DNA of 64,000 nucleotides from Proteromonas lacertae (lineage: Eukaryota), in the NCBI GenBank assembly GCA_002245135.1, contig NGBS01001169.1, positions 1 to 64,000 of the forward strand, written 5' to 3'. Both the position numbers and the translations under genes were made by a program. Shown here piece after piece: positions 36,433-49,687 of the stretch. Numbering within the stretch: position 1 is the first letter of the stretch; the number at the start of each line of letters is the position of its first letter. The notes below the pieces were generated by a model that had not been told where the DNA came from, ran no database searches, and saw only the letters and a list, made by a program, of their open reading frames with translations.

Positions 36433-39388
36433 ATGAAAAGAAAGACAGAAGAAGTATTTAAAAAGCCTTCGTATTTGATTTTCTTTTTGACATAAAACTA
36501 TAGAAAGAGGAGAGTAATTGAACGAGGTGAAGACACTTCTCTATCAAATCAAAAAGCTATTCTCTTTTCTAAAGACAGAGATTTGAAACTTTCTGATTTT
36601 TATAAAAAATTATTAGACTTTAAAATATTTTCATCAGAGTATATTATGGTTTATAATTATCTCTTTAGTCCAGTTGAGTTTCCCAAAATACCATCAGAAT
36701 TTAAAGATATTACTGAGTATAGAATACATTAAATAACTGAATTAGATATGAAAATTCTTTTCAACCAATTCTTTTTGCAGAATTAGAAGCTCAAATAAAG
36801 AACTCGTTAGAAAAAACAAATATACAACCATCTGAATTTAATTGGATGGAAACTAACAGCAGACAAGTCCATTCATTCTATACAATCGAATTAGAATCTC
36901 ATAATTGTAAAGAAGAATATATTGAAAACTTCGTATTAATAGCAAAATCAAAAGACTATAATAAGAAAGATCCTAATTCATATATGACAGGAATAATTAG
37001 ATTGTCAGATACAAATCAATACAATTATGATGATAATGATGATGATTATAATGGTAATGTTACTATATCAGTGATAATCGATATAGAAAAGTGGAAAATA
37101 TTTAGAAAAGGAATAGATAAATCAACGTATTTATTTATTATAGTTATTAAATAGTATACTTTATGTTTATAAATCTGAACAACTATCATCGACAATAAGA
37201 GAATATTTATCAATTAAATCTGTTCATTTATTTCCTTTATTGAATCAATTATTAAGATATGAAGCAGGAGTATAATAATTATTATTATATTTATTGTATA
37301 TATAGTTACCTGCAACTAAACGTCTTACTGTTGCTCCAAAGTATAATGAGTATATAAGTAATTCATTTAACGAATCTCAATATAATTCAATTATGAACTG
37401 CTCAATGACAAGAGGTTTTCATCTTATTCAAGGACCTCCAGGAACTGGGAAAACTAAAACACTGTTAGGGTTAATCAATACATTACATATTCATCAATAT
37501 CAAGTATATCTAATTAATAATTTAAATATTGTTTTATAGATTTATAATGATCGATTAGTTGAACATTATGCTGATTTTCCAGAAATATATGATCCAAGTA
37601 AAGATATTAGTAAAGATAATGAAAATAATAATAATACCAATAATTCATCAAATAATAGTGGCTATTTATCATTAATAGCTTCATCTATGAGAAACATCCA
37701 TAAGACATCGAAAATCCCTCCAAAACCAAGAATGTTGGTTACAGCACCATCTAATTCAGCTGTGGATGAAATAATCCGTAGATTAATTGATATAAAGTTT
37801 AGGGATGGAACTGGTACACAATATAATCCGAATATCGTAAGAATTGGAGTTGGTGCTTCTAGAGATATAGAATCTGTTACTTTAAATATGATTTCTAAAT
37901 CTGTATTATATAATATAATTATTAATGTTATGTATTTATTTAATGAATAGTATGATATTGATCCAAATAGAAAACAGAGTTTTATAGGCGACAGATTAGC
38001 AAAGATTCAGAATAATCAAAAGAGAATATATGAATTAAAAGGTGAAATAAAGTTAAAGAAAAATACTATAATTAATGGTAGAAAGTTCACAAAAGAAGTG
38101 AAAACTGAAGTATTAAGCAATCCAGAGTATAAATATAGTTATATATATATATATATATATAGGTTTTGTCGAAATATAGGTACTTTATTACATCATATTG
38201 AAGAGAATGATCGTTTACAAAGTGAAGTGAATTATGTAAATAATGGGAAAGAATCAAGAGATGTTGATATATTAGAAAAAGCGGATATTATCTTCACTAC
38301 ACTATCATCCTCAGGATTGTCAATATTAGACAACTTGGAATTGAATAATAGACAAATTGAAACGGTTATTATTGATGAAGCAGCACAATCAACGGAATTA
38401 CAGACTTTAATTCCGTTGAGATTTGGATGTGCACATGTATTTATATATATATATATATATTCCATTGTTTTTATTTATTATTAATTATCAATAGTGTGTC
38501 TTAGTTGGAGATCATAATCAATTACCAGCCACAATTGTCAGTAAAGCTGCCATCAATTCAAATTATCAACGTTCATTATTTGAAAGATTAATTGATTTGA
38601 AATATAAACTTAATTTCTTAGACACTCAATATCGTAGTAATCCAGAAATAATGAAATTTCCATCAGATTTCTTCTATAAAGGTAAATTGAAGAGTTATTC
38701 AGGTTTACAATATAGTAGAGTGTTAGAATGTCATAAAATGCCAATTTTTGGTGTATATTTATATGATTTTATATATATAAACATAGCCTTTCAATTACTT
38801 TAATGTTGTATATGGAAGAGAAGAAAGTAAAGATAAATCATTTGCAAATAGAAATGAAGCAGAGTTTGTTATTCTTCTAATAGAAAAACTGAAATTCTGT
38901 TATCCTAATTTACCAATCCAGAAACGTATAGGTATAATCTCACCTTATAAAGGACAAGTAAATTTGATTCAAGAGTTAATCAACCAAAAATTTCCATATG
39001 ATTCAATAGAAGTAAATACAGTAGATGGATATCAAGGCAGAGAAAAAGACTTTATCATCTTAACTACAGTTAGAGCTAATAAACAGAGAAATCTTGGTTT
39101 TTTAGATGATTTGAGAAGAATGAATGTTTCAATTACAAGAGCAAAGTATTGTTTTTGGATTGTTGGCAATTCAGGCACTTTGAATAGCAATGAAGCTTGG
39201 AGAGAATTAATCACTTACTCACATAAAAACCATCATTTCTACCATTATTATACAGTAGAAGATGTATATAATACATTTGATAGAGAAATAAATTATGCAG
39301 TAAATCAAAATAAAAAACCTAAGGTGGAATATCTAATACGTATAGATTATATATATTATCAATAGAAAACGGATCTGCTAGATATTGA
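36433..39388 (+). CDS. Sen1/senataxin-like SF1 RNA/DNA helicase (compact; 3' end approximate)
   Basis: LIQGPPGTGKTKT, TAPSNSAVDE, IIDEAAQ, LVGDHNQLPAT, SLFERL, LDTQYR, VNTVDGYQGREKD, RRMNVSITRAK; about 11 short introns. Confidence 0.88.
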
Positions 39389-39534
39389 TTTAGTTAATTC
39401 TTTTAGTACTTTTACATGTGTTGATTTGAAAATGTAAGAAAATATGTGTTTAAAACACTTCAAAAATAGAAAAACCAACCATTAAAAACGACTAAATTTT
39501 TAGAAACATAAAACAATTGTTTTTTTATGAAATA

Positions 39535-40639
39535 ATGACAGAAGCTCTAAAAAAATGTCTATCTGAGAATGGACTCTTGTTAGGAAATAACAATAAGAGT
39601 TTGTATACCGTTAAGAGGAAAATTGGGAGAGGATCTTATGGAGTTGTTTGCGAAGTAGAAAACACAAATGAACACAACGAATATGCTCTAAAATGTTGTA
39701 CTAAAGTATTAGCTAATAGATTTAGAGCTTTGGCTTTAGCAAGAGAGTTGGTTTATGGTAGAATGTTAGACAATCCTTATATATTACCAATTTATGACAT
39801 TTTACAACCAGAAGATATGTCAAATATCACAAGATTGAGTTATACTACTCAATTAATGGATTCTGATTTAAGAAAGTTGTTGAAATGCCAACCTGTACTT
39901 CACAAATTTCAAATTCCAATACATATTATACCAAATACTCAGTGGTTTATGTTATTTACACAAAGTGGGATTAATTCACAGAGATTTAAAACCTGATAAT
40001 ATTCTCATCAATAGAGACTTTTCAATTAGAATATGTGATTTTGGTATATCTCGATCGTATGTAAATAATGAGAATCTAACACCGTTAGTAACAACAAGAT
40101 GGTATAGATCACCAGAAATGATTTTAGGAAATAAAAAATACAATGAAAAAGTTGATATATTTGCAGTTGGTTGTATATTAAGTGAATTATTGCAATGTCC
40201 AAATGGTGATAATAAAGCCTTATTTGAAAGTAAATCTCATTCTCATCAATTAGATTCAATAATTAGTCTGATGGGAGTTTCAAGTGATGTAAGTTGGGTA
40301 GAAAGTGAACAAAGTAAAAAAGTAATGTTAAGATATGTAGGAATGAAAGGTAAATTTGATAGTATTTTCAATGAAAGTAAATATGATAGAGATGCTGTAG
40401 ATTTATTGAAACATTTACTAGAAGTTGATCCTAATAAGAGATATTCTGCTTTAGAAGCTTTAAATCATCCTTTTATTAGATGTCACAATCAATATTATGA
40501 TATTGAAGAAGATGACATCAATTATAGTGAAATTAGTAGAATAGACTTCGGTATTAAAGAAGATGCTGATATAAATGAATTAAAGAAAATAATAGTAAAT
40601 GAAATTCAAATGTATCATCATTTTCCTCAAGCTAGTTAG
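39535..40639 (+). CDS. Intronless MAPK-like (CMGC) kinase lacking the TxY tyrosine
   Basis: [51 protein letters not shown]; +1 break at 39916-39917. Confidence 0.85.
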
Positions 40640-40817
40640 AGTTTTTTTTAATTTTTTTCAATCTTCATTTTTCAATTACATTTTTCAACCTTAATTAATC
40701 TTTATATACGTAATATAATATGAACTATAGAATAATTTGTGTATTTAAAAAAGAATAATGAATATTTCTATTTAATAAAAATAGATTCGTTAGAATAACA
40801 GATTTTCAAAAATCTTA

Positions 40818-41821
40818 ATGAATTCAGATACCTGGATATCAGAAAAGGATGACTTTTGGCCAGGTATATATACTTTTTATAACAATTGAATTTTCATGTT
40901 CTTTAAAAACACAAGACAATAATTATATAATTTTTAGGCCTCAAGTTGTCTTTGAAGATAAAAAATGAAGTATACCATGGAAAATCAGATTATCAAGTAT
41001 ATTTATGAATGTATAATATGAATAATAGGATATTAGAGTTTTTGATTCTTACAGTTTTGGTCGTGTATTGAGTTTAGATGATGAATTTCAAATTACTGAG
41101 AAGGATGAATTTGCATATCAAGAGATGATTACTCACATACCTCTCTTTAGCCATAAATCACCCAATAATGTATTAATAGTTGGTGGTGGTGATGGAGGTG
41201 TATTACGTGAAGTATTAAAACATCAAAATGTAGAGAAAGTAGTAGAATGTGAAATAGACAAAAAAGTAGTAGAAATCTGTAAGAAATATTTTCCTGATCA
41301 TATTAAAGGTGCTTATGATGATAAAAGAACAACATTGATCTGTGAAGATGCATTTAATTACTTAGAGAACCATAACAATGAATTTGATGTAATTATTATC
41401 GACAGTAGTGATCCAATTGGTCCAGCTGAAGATCTTTACACTGAAAGCTTCTATTCGAAAATAAAAGATTCGTTGAAACCCAATGGAATAATGTGTATGC
41501 AAGCAGAATCAATGTGGACCCACTTAGACTTAATAAAATCAATGTTAACTGATTGTAAAAAGTGTTTTGAAAATTATACATATTGCTACACAACAATTCC
41601 TACCTATTCTCCCTGGCGATATTGGATTTATATTGTGTTCTAATGATCCTGATAGTATTATTTATATTATTAATATACAATGTTGAATAGAAGATCTTTT
41701 TTATCACCCAAGGCCAGTGCCAGAGTCAATGTTGTGCGATTTAAAGTATTATGATAATGATATTCATTTAGCATCATTTGTATTACCTAGATTCGTTAAA
41801 AATGAATTAAGTGACGTATAA
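40818..41821 (+). CDS. SRM: Spermidine synthase (aminopropyltransferase), copy 1
   Basis: FWPG, KSDYQ, FGRVLSLD, DEFAYQEM, VLIVGGGDGGVLRE, IIIDSSDPIGPA, HLASFVLP; three introns; +1 break near 41611. Confidence 0.9.
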
Positions 41822-42028
41822 ATATTCTATTATCTATTGTTTAATCTAGTTAATTGGTACATATCATATATCTAATAAAAAATAGTGAAATAGATATAGT
41901 GAAATATTAATATTAAATTATTATAGTAAAATGACATTTTCTTGTTTGTTATTTTTTTAAATATTATAATTATATCCGTTTCAAATTTTCAAACATAATC
42001 CAAATTAACATTTTGCATTTTTGAGAAA

Positions 42029-43120
42029 ATGAGTGATGAAAAATGGTTTAATGAAAAAGATGAGTTTTGGCCTGGTATATATTTACTTTATATTATTTAT
42101 TAATGCAATTTAATCTTTTAATAACTCATATTAATCTAAAATAGGTCAAAGATTCTCTTTAAAAATCAAAGAAGATTTGTATCATGAAAGATCTGAATTT
42201 CAAGTATATCAGATGTAATATATATGATTAGGATATCCGTGTTTTTGATTCTGAATCTTTTGGAAGAGTAATGACTCTTGATGATGCATATCAAATCACC
42301 GAAAAAGATGAATTTGCATATCAAGAAATGATTGTTCATCTTCCATTATTTTCACATCCTAAATCCAAAGAAAATATTAGTTGTAGGTGCAGGTGATGGT
42401 GGTGTAATTCGTGAATTATTAAGACATGAAACTGTTGAAGAAATCGTTCAATGCGAATTAGATGCAAAAGTTATTGAAGTGTGTAAGAAATACTTCCCAA
42501 ATCATATCCAAGGTGCTTATGACAATCCAAAAGTGAAAGTATTATACGAAGATGCTGCTAAATATGTAGAAAGACACACCGATGAATTTGATGTAATTAT
42601 TGTTGATAGTAGTGATCCAGTTGGTCCAGCTGAGACATTATATACACCAGAATTCTACCGTAACTGTCACAATGCATTGAAATCCAATGGTATTATGGCT
42701 ACACAAGGAGAATGTATCTGGAATCACTTATCATTGATTAAAAAGTGTTTCATTAGTTGTAGAGAAGTATTCGCTAGTGTAAGTTATGCCTATGTAACAA
42801 TACCATCCTACCCATCTGGACAAATTGGTTTTATGATATGTTCAAATAATTCAAACATCAGTAACTTTTATAATCCAAGACCAGTACCAGAGTCAATGTT
42901 AAGTAATTTGAGATATTATGATAGAAATGTTCATATTGCTGCCTTTGTTTTACCTCGATTTGTTAAAACTGAACTTGGAAATTTATTACATCCAGTTCAA
43001 ATCGTTGAAGGAGATGAAACAACAATTGTTCCAAAGTCAATGATGAAAATATCACTTGGAATGAATATTGTTTTTGGCGTTAGTTTAGCTGGAGCTTTAA
43101 TCTATCTTTACAAACATTAA
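42029..43120 (+). CDS. SRM: Spermidine synthase, copy 2, with a C-terminal hydrophobic tail
   Basis: GAGDGGVIRE, IIVDSSDPVGPA, PSYPSGQIGF, HIAAFVLP, then ISLGMNIVFGVSLAGALIYLYKH*; +1 break at 42361-42363. Confidence 0.9.
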
Positions 43121-43285
43121 AATATTGATAATTAATGATATGTTATTTCTTTAATTTTGCTTTTATTTGTTATATTTTGATAATTAAAAGTGTAACTGAT
43201 CAAATCAGTTTGAAGTGGCTCGATTCTTCATTTGCATTTTTAAACGAAGTAGTTGTTTATTTGATTGTAGAGAATATCTTTAAAA

Positions 43286-45462
43286 ATGAGTGATGAATAC
43301 AGTTCTAATATAAATATTTTTACAGCGAATAGTATTCTATAATTTGTATTTTAAAACAGGAATAATAAAAAATATATTGAATATACTCCCAGAAAATCCA
43401 AGATTCTTGCTAATCCTAGATGATTACACCAGAATGATTGTTAATAACGCTTGTGGTCAATTTGATTTATACGACGAAGGTTGTGTTGGTATATAATATT
43501 CTCAAAATCATATTCAAATAGATATTGATTTTATTGACAATGAAAGAGAAAAGTTGGAGTGTTTAGATGTAGTTTATCTAATCAACTGGTCAGAATCAAG
43601 TTTAAACCGATTACACAATGATTTCTCCTATTATGAGGGTAAAGATAATGAATCAAACCCAGCATGGTGGGAAAAACTTGTATTTATGGGAATGTCATCA
43701 GTAAAAGTTGAATATTGTCTATATGATAGAGTTTACATATTGTTCCCAAGACGTATATAAATATATTTACTATTATAATATAATAGCTGCTCCACAATCA
43801 GTAATTGATGGAATTCACAATAATCCTTTATTAAACAAAAGATTAAAAGGAATAGAAACGATGAATTGTGACTTCATACCAATAGAACCACAGTTATTTA
43901 GTTTAGGTATAAAAGATGCATTTGAAATATTATATGGGCCAACAAATGAAACAACAATGAAGAAAAGACTAACACCAACAGAACTAATCGAAGAAATTGC
44001 ACAAAAAGTATTATATGGTTATTTATATACATTATAGTTATTGACATTTTGTATAACAATCAATGAAAATCCAATTATACGTTACAAGCATGGAAGTATT
44101 AACGAAGCATTAGCGAAAAGGTTTTCTGAATTAATGGAAGATTATCATACTAAAAATCCTCAATCACCATTATTCCAATTAAATCCAGATATTCCAAGAG
44201 GTGAAATCATATTTTTAGATCGTCAATTTGATATGGTAACTCCATTTTTACATGAAGCAACTTATCAAGGAATGACTTATGATTTATTGCCAATAACAGA
44301 TGAAAGAGAATATCAATATATGGCGAATGTTGGTGGTGAAGATAAACTCAAAACTGTTTTATTGAATTATGAAGATACAATTTGGATTAAGTATAGTCAT
44401 GTCAATATACAGAATGCATTAAGTATATATATATATATATTATTATTATATTTGTTTAGCTGAAATTGTATCACAAGCTGATTTATTCAAATCAAAAACA
44501 GCTGAAATGCAACAGAAAGCAAGAGAAGGTGGTGATATGACAGGTGTTGCTGATTTATTAAAGTCAGTGGGTGATATAGGCAAGTTATCAAGTTTATATA
44601 ACCTTCATATGCATATATTGAGCGAAATTACAGAAATATTCAAAGATCCATCTAGAGGATTATTTGATTTAATACAATTAGTATATATTCTTTATATCGA
44701 TATATATATATATATAATGATAGGAGCAAATGATGGCTTCAGATACATTACCAGATGGTAGTGGAATCAAAGATGATGATCGTTGTAGAGAAGATACATT
44801 GAAGAATACAATAGAATGTGTAGAATTGAACTTACCAATGGAAGATAAAACAAGATTATTATTACTTATATATAATCTGTTTGAAAAGTGCAAATTCAAC
44901 TGAACTTGAACAATATTTACAATTTGCCAATTTGATGCCTAAATATAGAAGAGTATTAGAGAATATATCATTAGCTGGAATTAAGATAGGAACTGGATTA
45001 ATATTGAGAGATGAAGAAAAGAAAGCCAGAAAAAAACATGCCAAATTACTAGCAGCAAAAGCCAAGAAAACAAATGGAGTTAACATTCGATTTGAACCAT
45101 TTGTTGGTGATGTTTTGAATGGAATATTAGATAAGATATTACCTGCTGGTTTATATCCTTATTTAGATAAACAAACTAAGCTTGAAGAAGTTGATACTGG
45201 TGTTTATAGAACTTATAAGAAAGAAGTAATCACAATTCACAATATTCAAGGACATAACCGTGAAAGAAAAGATCCAGAAACGAAAGGTAATAGAATTATT
45301 ATATTTATGAGTGGTGGTGGTACTTATGCTGAATCAAGAAGTGTTTATGAACATATTGTTGTTGGTAGAAGAGAGATTATTTTTGGATCTACTGAGATAT
45401 TAAAACCTAATGAATATTTAGATGTTATTCATAACTTGAATCCAGTAACAGATACATTGTAA
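43286..45462 (+). CDS. Sec1/Munc18 (SM) family protein
   Basis: FLLILDD, DFIPIEPQLFSL, IFLDRQFDMVTPFLHEATYQGMTYDLL, RIIIFMSGGGTYAESRSVYE..IIFGST; one frame break near 44868. Confidence 0.9.
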
Positions 45463-45602
45463 TTAATACTTTTCTTTTTTAAATATTCTTTTTTCTTCTT
45501 TCATCATTTAACAACAAAAAACAACAAAGGAAAAATACTTATATAAAGACATAAATGATGATAGTTTTCTTTTAAAAGCACTTATTACTTATTATACTTA
45601 TT

Positions 45603-47287
45603 CTACCAAACTTCTTTTTACAGGTGTAAGAGGAATTTTCATTTGACTTGTACGACTTGCTTCTGATTTTTGAGGCAATTTAATTTCAACACTGGAAGTA
45701 GTAAAACCAGACTTTCTTAAACTAACTGGAGTAACTCCACCATCAGTATTAGCTGCAGTTCTAGAGGATGTTGTTGATTTGTTGGTAGTTGTACTAAATA
45801 GAAAATTAGTTCCTGATGTAACAAACTCTGGAGGACTATCAAAACCATTAACAAGTAAATTGGATTAAAGAAAAATAAATAAAAATAGATTAGAAGATTA
45901 GTTAAAAAAAAGATATAATAAATCATATCATCCAATACAATACTATCATCTTTTGATTTTAAATAAATTGCCTTCTGAGCTCCAGGTTCTAGTTTTGTAT
46001 AATTTTCATACCATTTCAAAACAACACCAGAATTTTGAAAGTGAGTAGAAGTCATAAAAGTATAAAATGCGTTTGTAAACATCAAACTTTCTATCTCTTT
46101 CATTGGTTCATCAAATATATCAATAGATCTACATCCTTCCTTCATTTTCTTATCTACTTCTTCTCTCATTTTATGATTAATATTAATTTCATAATCACCT
46201 TCTATTTTTATAAATCTATTGAATATATGTTCAACACATTTTGACATTGTCATTTCACTCAAATTCTTAGCTGCTCTTAATTCAGTTACTGCTTCCCAAA
46301 ATACCATATTCTCTTCCGTTAATAAATCTTTCATGTGTTTCTTTAAATAATACCTCATTATTGGATCTGTAAGCACGTGTTTAAAGAATGATTGTGTGTC
46401 TGGAGATATATCTTTAGTTTTACTTCTAAAATACCATTTCTTAAATGGAGTTAATAGGAATAAATTGATGGCTAATGCTAATATTTCAATCATAAATAAT
46501 GATTGTATTAACACTGTATTTGGATAATGATTGGATGTAGCAAATACAGATAAAGGATTTAACAGTAATATTAACGATGTATAAAAACAAGATCTTGTAA
46601 CTTGTAGAGTTGATTTGCCCATTTTATTCTTATTATTATATATTCTAATAACAAAGAAGAAATTAACAAACAATATCACAAACTATAGTTATAATAGATA
46701 AAGTATTATACAATTAAAATATCTCTAAATCCATATTTCAAATTATCTGAATTTCTACATGCTTTCATTACAACTATTTTACCTCCCATTTCAATATCCC
46801 AATTATCGAAGTAAGGAGATACAAAGTATATAATTAACGCTTCTAATATAATAGTTGGTACTAAGAATTGTAATAGATAAAAAATATCTTTAAGAAAGAT
46901 AATATTATCATTTACAAATTTGGTATTGATTTGAGATACAGTACATAAAGTAGAACTATATAATAATAATAAGTATAAGTATATATATATATAATACACT
47001 GCTAATATCATAGATCCTAAACTTCTAAACACTTGCATAACAGTACAATTTGCTTCATTAAATTCAGCTATATACATAATCAATGCAATAATCATAAACA
47101 AATAACCTATTTCACAACTAATGAAGAATGCTGGTGGCAATCTTGTTCTAATATCAGCATAATCTCTCATTGTACATACGAGTTGGAATATAACATTTAA
47201 TATACAAAATATAACCACAATTATAGTGGTTACTTGAATTGCTATATTCTTATTTAACCATTCTATTTATATAATAACATAAAATAT

Positions 47288-47324
<37 letters not shown>

Positions 47325-48849
47325 ACAAGCAATAGTATCATTATTTGGCAATGATATTCCTCCTCTACAGATCCCTTCACTTTTCCATTTATAATAAACA
47401 TCTTTATACGCTTTAATACCAGTACATTCACCTTCTTCAATGACAATTTCATAATCATCAACTTTACAATCGACTAACTCCATATCTACTGGTAATAATA
47501 AAGTACTAAAACATTCATAATTATCACCGTTTGGAGTTAATGTTATAACTAATGTTGAATCTATTGCTTTTTGAATATCAATTGAGAACTTCAATTCCTT
47601 TTCACTATTTGGTTCTAAACTAATTTGATCTGCTTCAATATTAACTAAATGAATATAATCAGGCATTGCTAATGAACTATCTAATTTAAAAGTACCAGTA
47701 TTCTTCAATTTAACAGCAGAATAACTAATTTTCTCATTAGTTGAATAATTGAACTGTAATATATCAGGTTCTATTTTCCAACTAGCACCATGTAATGTTG
47801 TTATTGGTATAGCAGCACATAATGCATATTGATAATCCTTTTCTAAAGCCCATGAAACATAATAATCAGTATCATCCAATTTAGAATGGATTAATGTATG
47901 ATCTTCTAAGTCTTTCTTTATAATTTCACCAATATCTTTAAATCCTGTTGGTGACATGATAATAAATGCTTTATTAGAATGATACAGTGATACAATATCT
48001 GTTTTATTATCAAATATTAAATTAACAGTCCTATTAGTAGCAGCAACAACACTGTAATCATACAACGAAATAACAAAACTAAAACCTTCATCTTTTGGTT
48101 TATCTGCAACAATATCACCAAATATCAAATTCAAATCAATGTCAATAATTAACTGACCATAATATGAGTCATCTACATATAAAGGATGTATATATTCTGT
48201 CATTAGTTTTTGCACTAAAGCATCATAAGTCGGTCTTGTCCATCTTGCTTCTGGTCTTACTCCATCTATTTCAATAAACTCTTTGTATGGCAATAAAAAG
48301 TAATGCCACATATTCTGGGGAAAACCACAAGCAAAATAAGTTGGCAATCTATTACGGTTATTGTATAATTTACCACATAATAAATGCTTTACACCAATTA
48401 ATACCCAAGCTGCTAAAGCACCTGCAGTAGAATTGATCATTAGGGGCAGAAGATAGTTTAGATTCAATACTACCTTTTTCATATCTTCATCTAACTTACC
48501 TTCAACATATGGAGGAGATGGTAAATCAGTTAAAGTATCGTTGATATAACCTATTGGATAGGTAAAATCTATAATGTAATTCATATAGGTAGTATTAGGA
48601 AACAGAGTTTGATTACATTTCGAAAAGTTATATTCAATGTTACTAGGTTCCATATCCCAAATGGTGTCAGCTATATTGTCAATCCATCTCTTTGCACTAT
48701 CATAATCTCTAGTTTTGGCATAGAGTTCGTTTGACAAATCTCTTTTTAATGCTGACTCAGCACAATATCTAACCCTATTTCGATTATATAGTTCAATAAT
48801 GATACTGCAAAGACAAACACCATAAAAAGGGAAACACTATAAACCACAT
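45603..48849 (-). CDS. Receptor: signal peptide, Cache-like sensor, Ig-like and Cys-rich linker, 7TM domain, RGS domain
   Basis: Signal MWFIVFPFLWCLSL; Cache-like RWTRPTYD..HPLY..GQLIIDIDL..GFSFVIS; seven hydrophobic segments; RGS VLTDP..TEENMVFWEAV..IFNRFIK..EININ..IFDE..IESLM..FMTS. Confidence 0.8.
45855..45916 (-). other. U12-type AT-AC intron (62 nt)
   Basis: 5' ATATCTTTTT, branch-like TTTCTTTAAT, 3' CCAATTTAC. Removal gives the open frame DDMIY-F-VNGFDSPPEF..KEVW*. Confidence 0.88.
47292..47322. repeat. (TA)n microsatellite at the 5' end of an intron
   Basis: Pure TA run directly following the minus-strand GT donor; similar runs near 38140, 38442, 56296 and 60034. Confidence 0.9.
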
Positions 48850-49188
48850 GAATGAAAAACGAAAAAAGAAATGAAACGGTTATATTTTTATTTCATTTGT
48901 TCATCAGTTAGATAAAATTAAGAAGTTTTGTAGTAAATTCTATTGATTTAGCATATCAAAAAATATATAATTCTTTAAAATTTCTTGGCATCTTACTATA
49001 TGCAGTAAGTGTGATTATTCTTTTATGCAATGCAAATTTATGTTTAATGAAATAAAACAATAGATTATTTTCATCATAAAAACTACTCTGTATTGGCTAA
49101 ATCGATAAAATCATTTTAGATTATCAAGCCTCAAATCAAACTCCAAATCAAGCTTTTAGATTGTTTTTTGTTTTTGATTTTTAAGGTC

Positions 49189-49561
49189 ATGTCTAGTGGC
49201 TTTGGGACTCACGGCAGTGTTGGCCGTTGCTATTACTTCTGGAGAAATTATTCAGAATGCATTGTATTTGTTGTGTTTGTTTTACTTAAATATAGACTAA
49301 ATGTGAAGATCCATCTGAATGTAAAAACCTCCATGAAGATTATCATGAATGTTTACATCATACAAAAGAAGTAAATATTGCAATTGTTATGTCTTTATAT
49401 AGAAATTAAAAATGAACGCTATTGAACTTCAAAGACGTCGTGTATTTGATATAATGAAACAAATGGACAAAGCTAAGAAAGCTCAAGAGAAGAAAGCTAT
49501 TCATGACCAAGTAGAACAAAATTGGAGAGAAAGACAGCATAGACAGAAAAAAGAAAACTAA
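49189..49561 (+). CDS. NDUFS5: Complex I 15 kDa subunit (twin CX9C)
   Basis: MSSGFGTHGSVGRCYYFWRNYSECI|TKCEDPSECKNLHEDYHECLHHTKE|; two 32-nt introns. Confidence 0.9.
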
Positions 49562-49687
49562 ATTAGTTTTTTTGTAATAATTATTATTTACTTTTTTTAA
49601 GAACTATTTTTCAAAGTAAAAAAAAAGTAAATTCATAAAAACAAACACACACACACAAAGATACTAACTCCAAAGAATTATTTAGAC

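Noticed and set aside
43194..43241. tRNA-like pair of hairpins (AACTGA..TCAGTT; TGAAG..CTTCA with GGCTCGATTC) followed by a T run
   Set aside because: No acceptor stem or D arm, and the T-loop geometry is wrong; not supportable as a tRNA.
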